Shown here one piece after another: positions 42,237-42,338 of a stretch of DNA of 42,338 nucleotides (within the stretch, counting starts at the first letter, position 1; every line of letters begins with the position of its first letter). Made by a program: the position numbers and the translations under genes. The notes below the pieces were generated by a model that worked only from the letters and a program-made list of their open reading frames with translations, was not told the origin of the DNA and made no database searches. Location: NCBI GenBank assembly GCA_000991245.1, contig LBRD01000001.1:135467-177804 (forward strand), read 5' to 3'. This stretch comes from Parcubacteria group bacterium GW2011_GWC1_36_108. Lineage in GTDB: Bacteria; Patescibacteriota; Minisyncoccia; Moranbacterales; GWC2-37-73.

Positions 42237-42338
42237 ACTCAGTATAATCTAATCCACATATGAGCTTGAAACTGGCTTTTTCGTAAAAAGTCCTATTTGC
42301 TCAAATTATTAAACATTTCTTTCTTTTTCTTTTGCATT

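Noticed and set aside
42293-42338. Minus-strand reading frame at the right window edge ending in ...QKKKKEMFNNLSK*.
   Set aside because: Only 15 codons are visible. It could be the C-terminus of a gene outside the window or a chance ORF. This is too little evidence to call.

Overview
AT-rich bacterial chromosomal segment. The gene style suggests a reduced-genome, possibly CPR/Patescibacteria-like organism, but that is a guess I could not verify. About 30 credible genes are present, and all but three protein-coding units lie on the minus strand.

Content:
- Housekeeping genes: leuS, ileS, argS, folD, tgt, recO, rsmI, yvcK-like, a GT4 glycosyltransferase and a MacB/FtsX-type ABC pair.
- A full nucleotide-excision-repair set: two uvrA paralogues, uvrB and uvrC.
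- A copper-handling island: copA, copZ and an HMA/DsbD_2-like/double-cupredoxin fusion.
- A clear T-box riboswitch ahead of ileS.
- I saw no rRNA, tRNA, CRISPR array, transposase, integrase or recognisable defence genes.

The unusual material is at the nucleotide level, not in gene content:
1. An identical 21-nt GC-rich palindrome sits in-frame inside ileS and uvrC in different reading phases. Degenerate relatives occur in three other coding positions.
2. Many short degenerate 7-8-nt tandem arrays lie in essential genes and in spacers.
3. A roughly 95-nt hairpin element occurs twice, with a conserved apical core and stems that covary between copies.
4. A 27-bp inverted-repeat element lies upstream of the uvrA2 promoter.
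5. Three plus-strand islands have near-consensus sigma-70 promoters. One is a G+C-rich unit of about 490 nt with no long ORF, full of repeated Shine-Dalgarno-like GGA modules and mini-ORFs, and is a candidate novel RNA.

All calls rest on reading the sequence and on motif memory. No searches were run.
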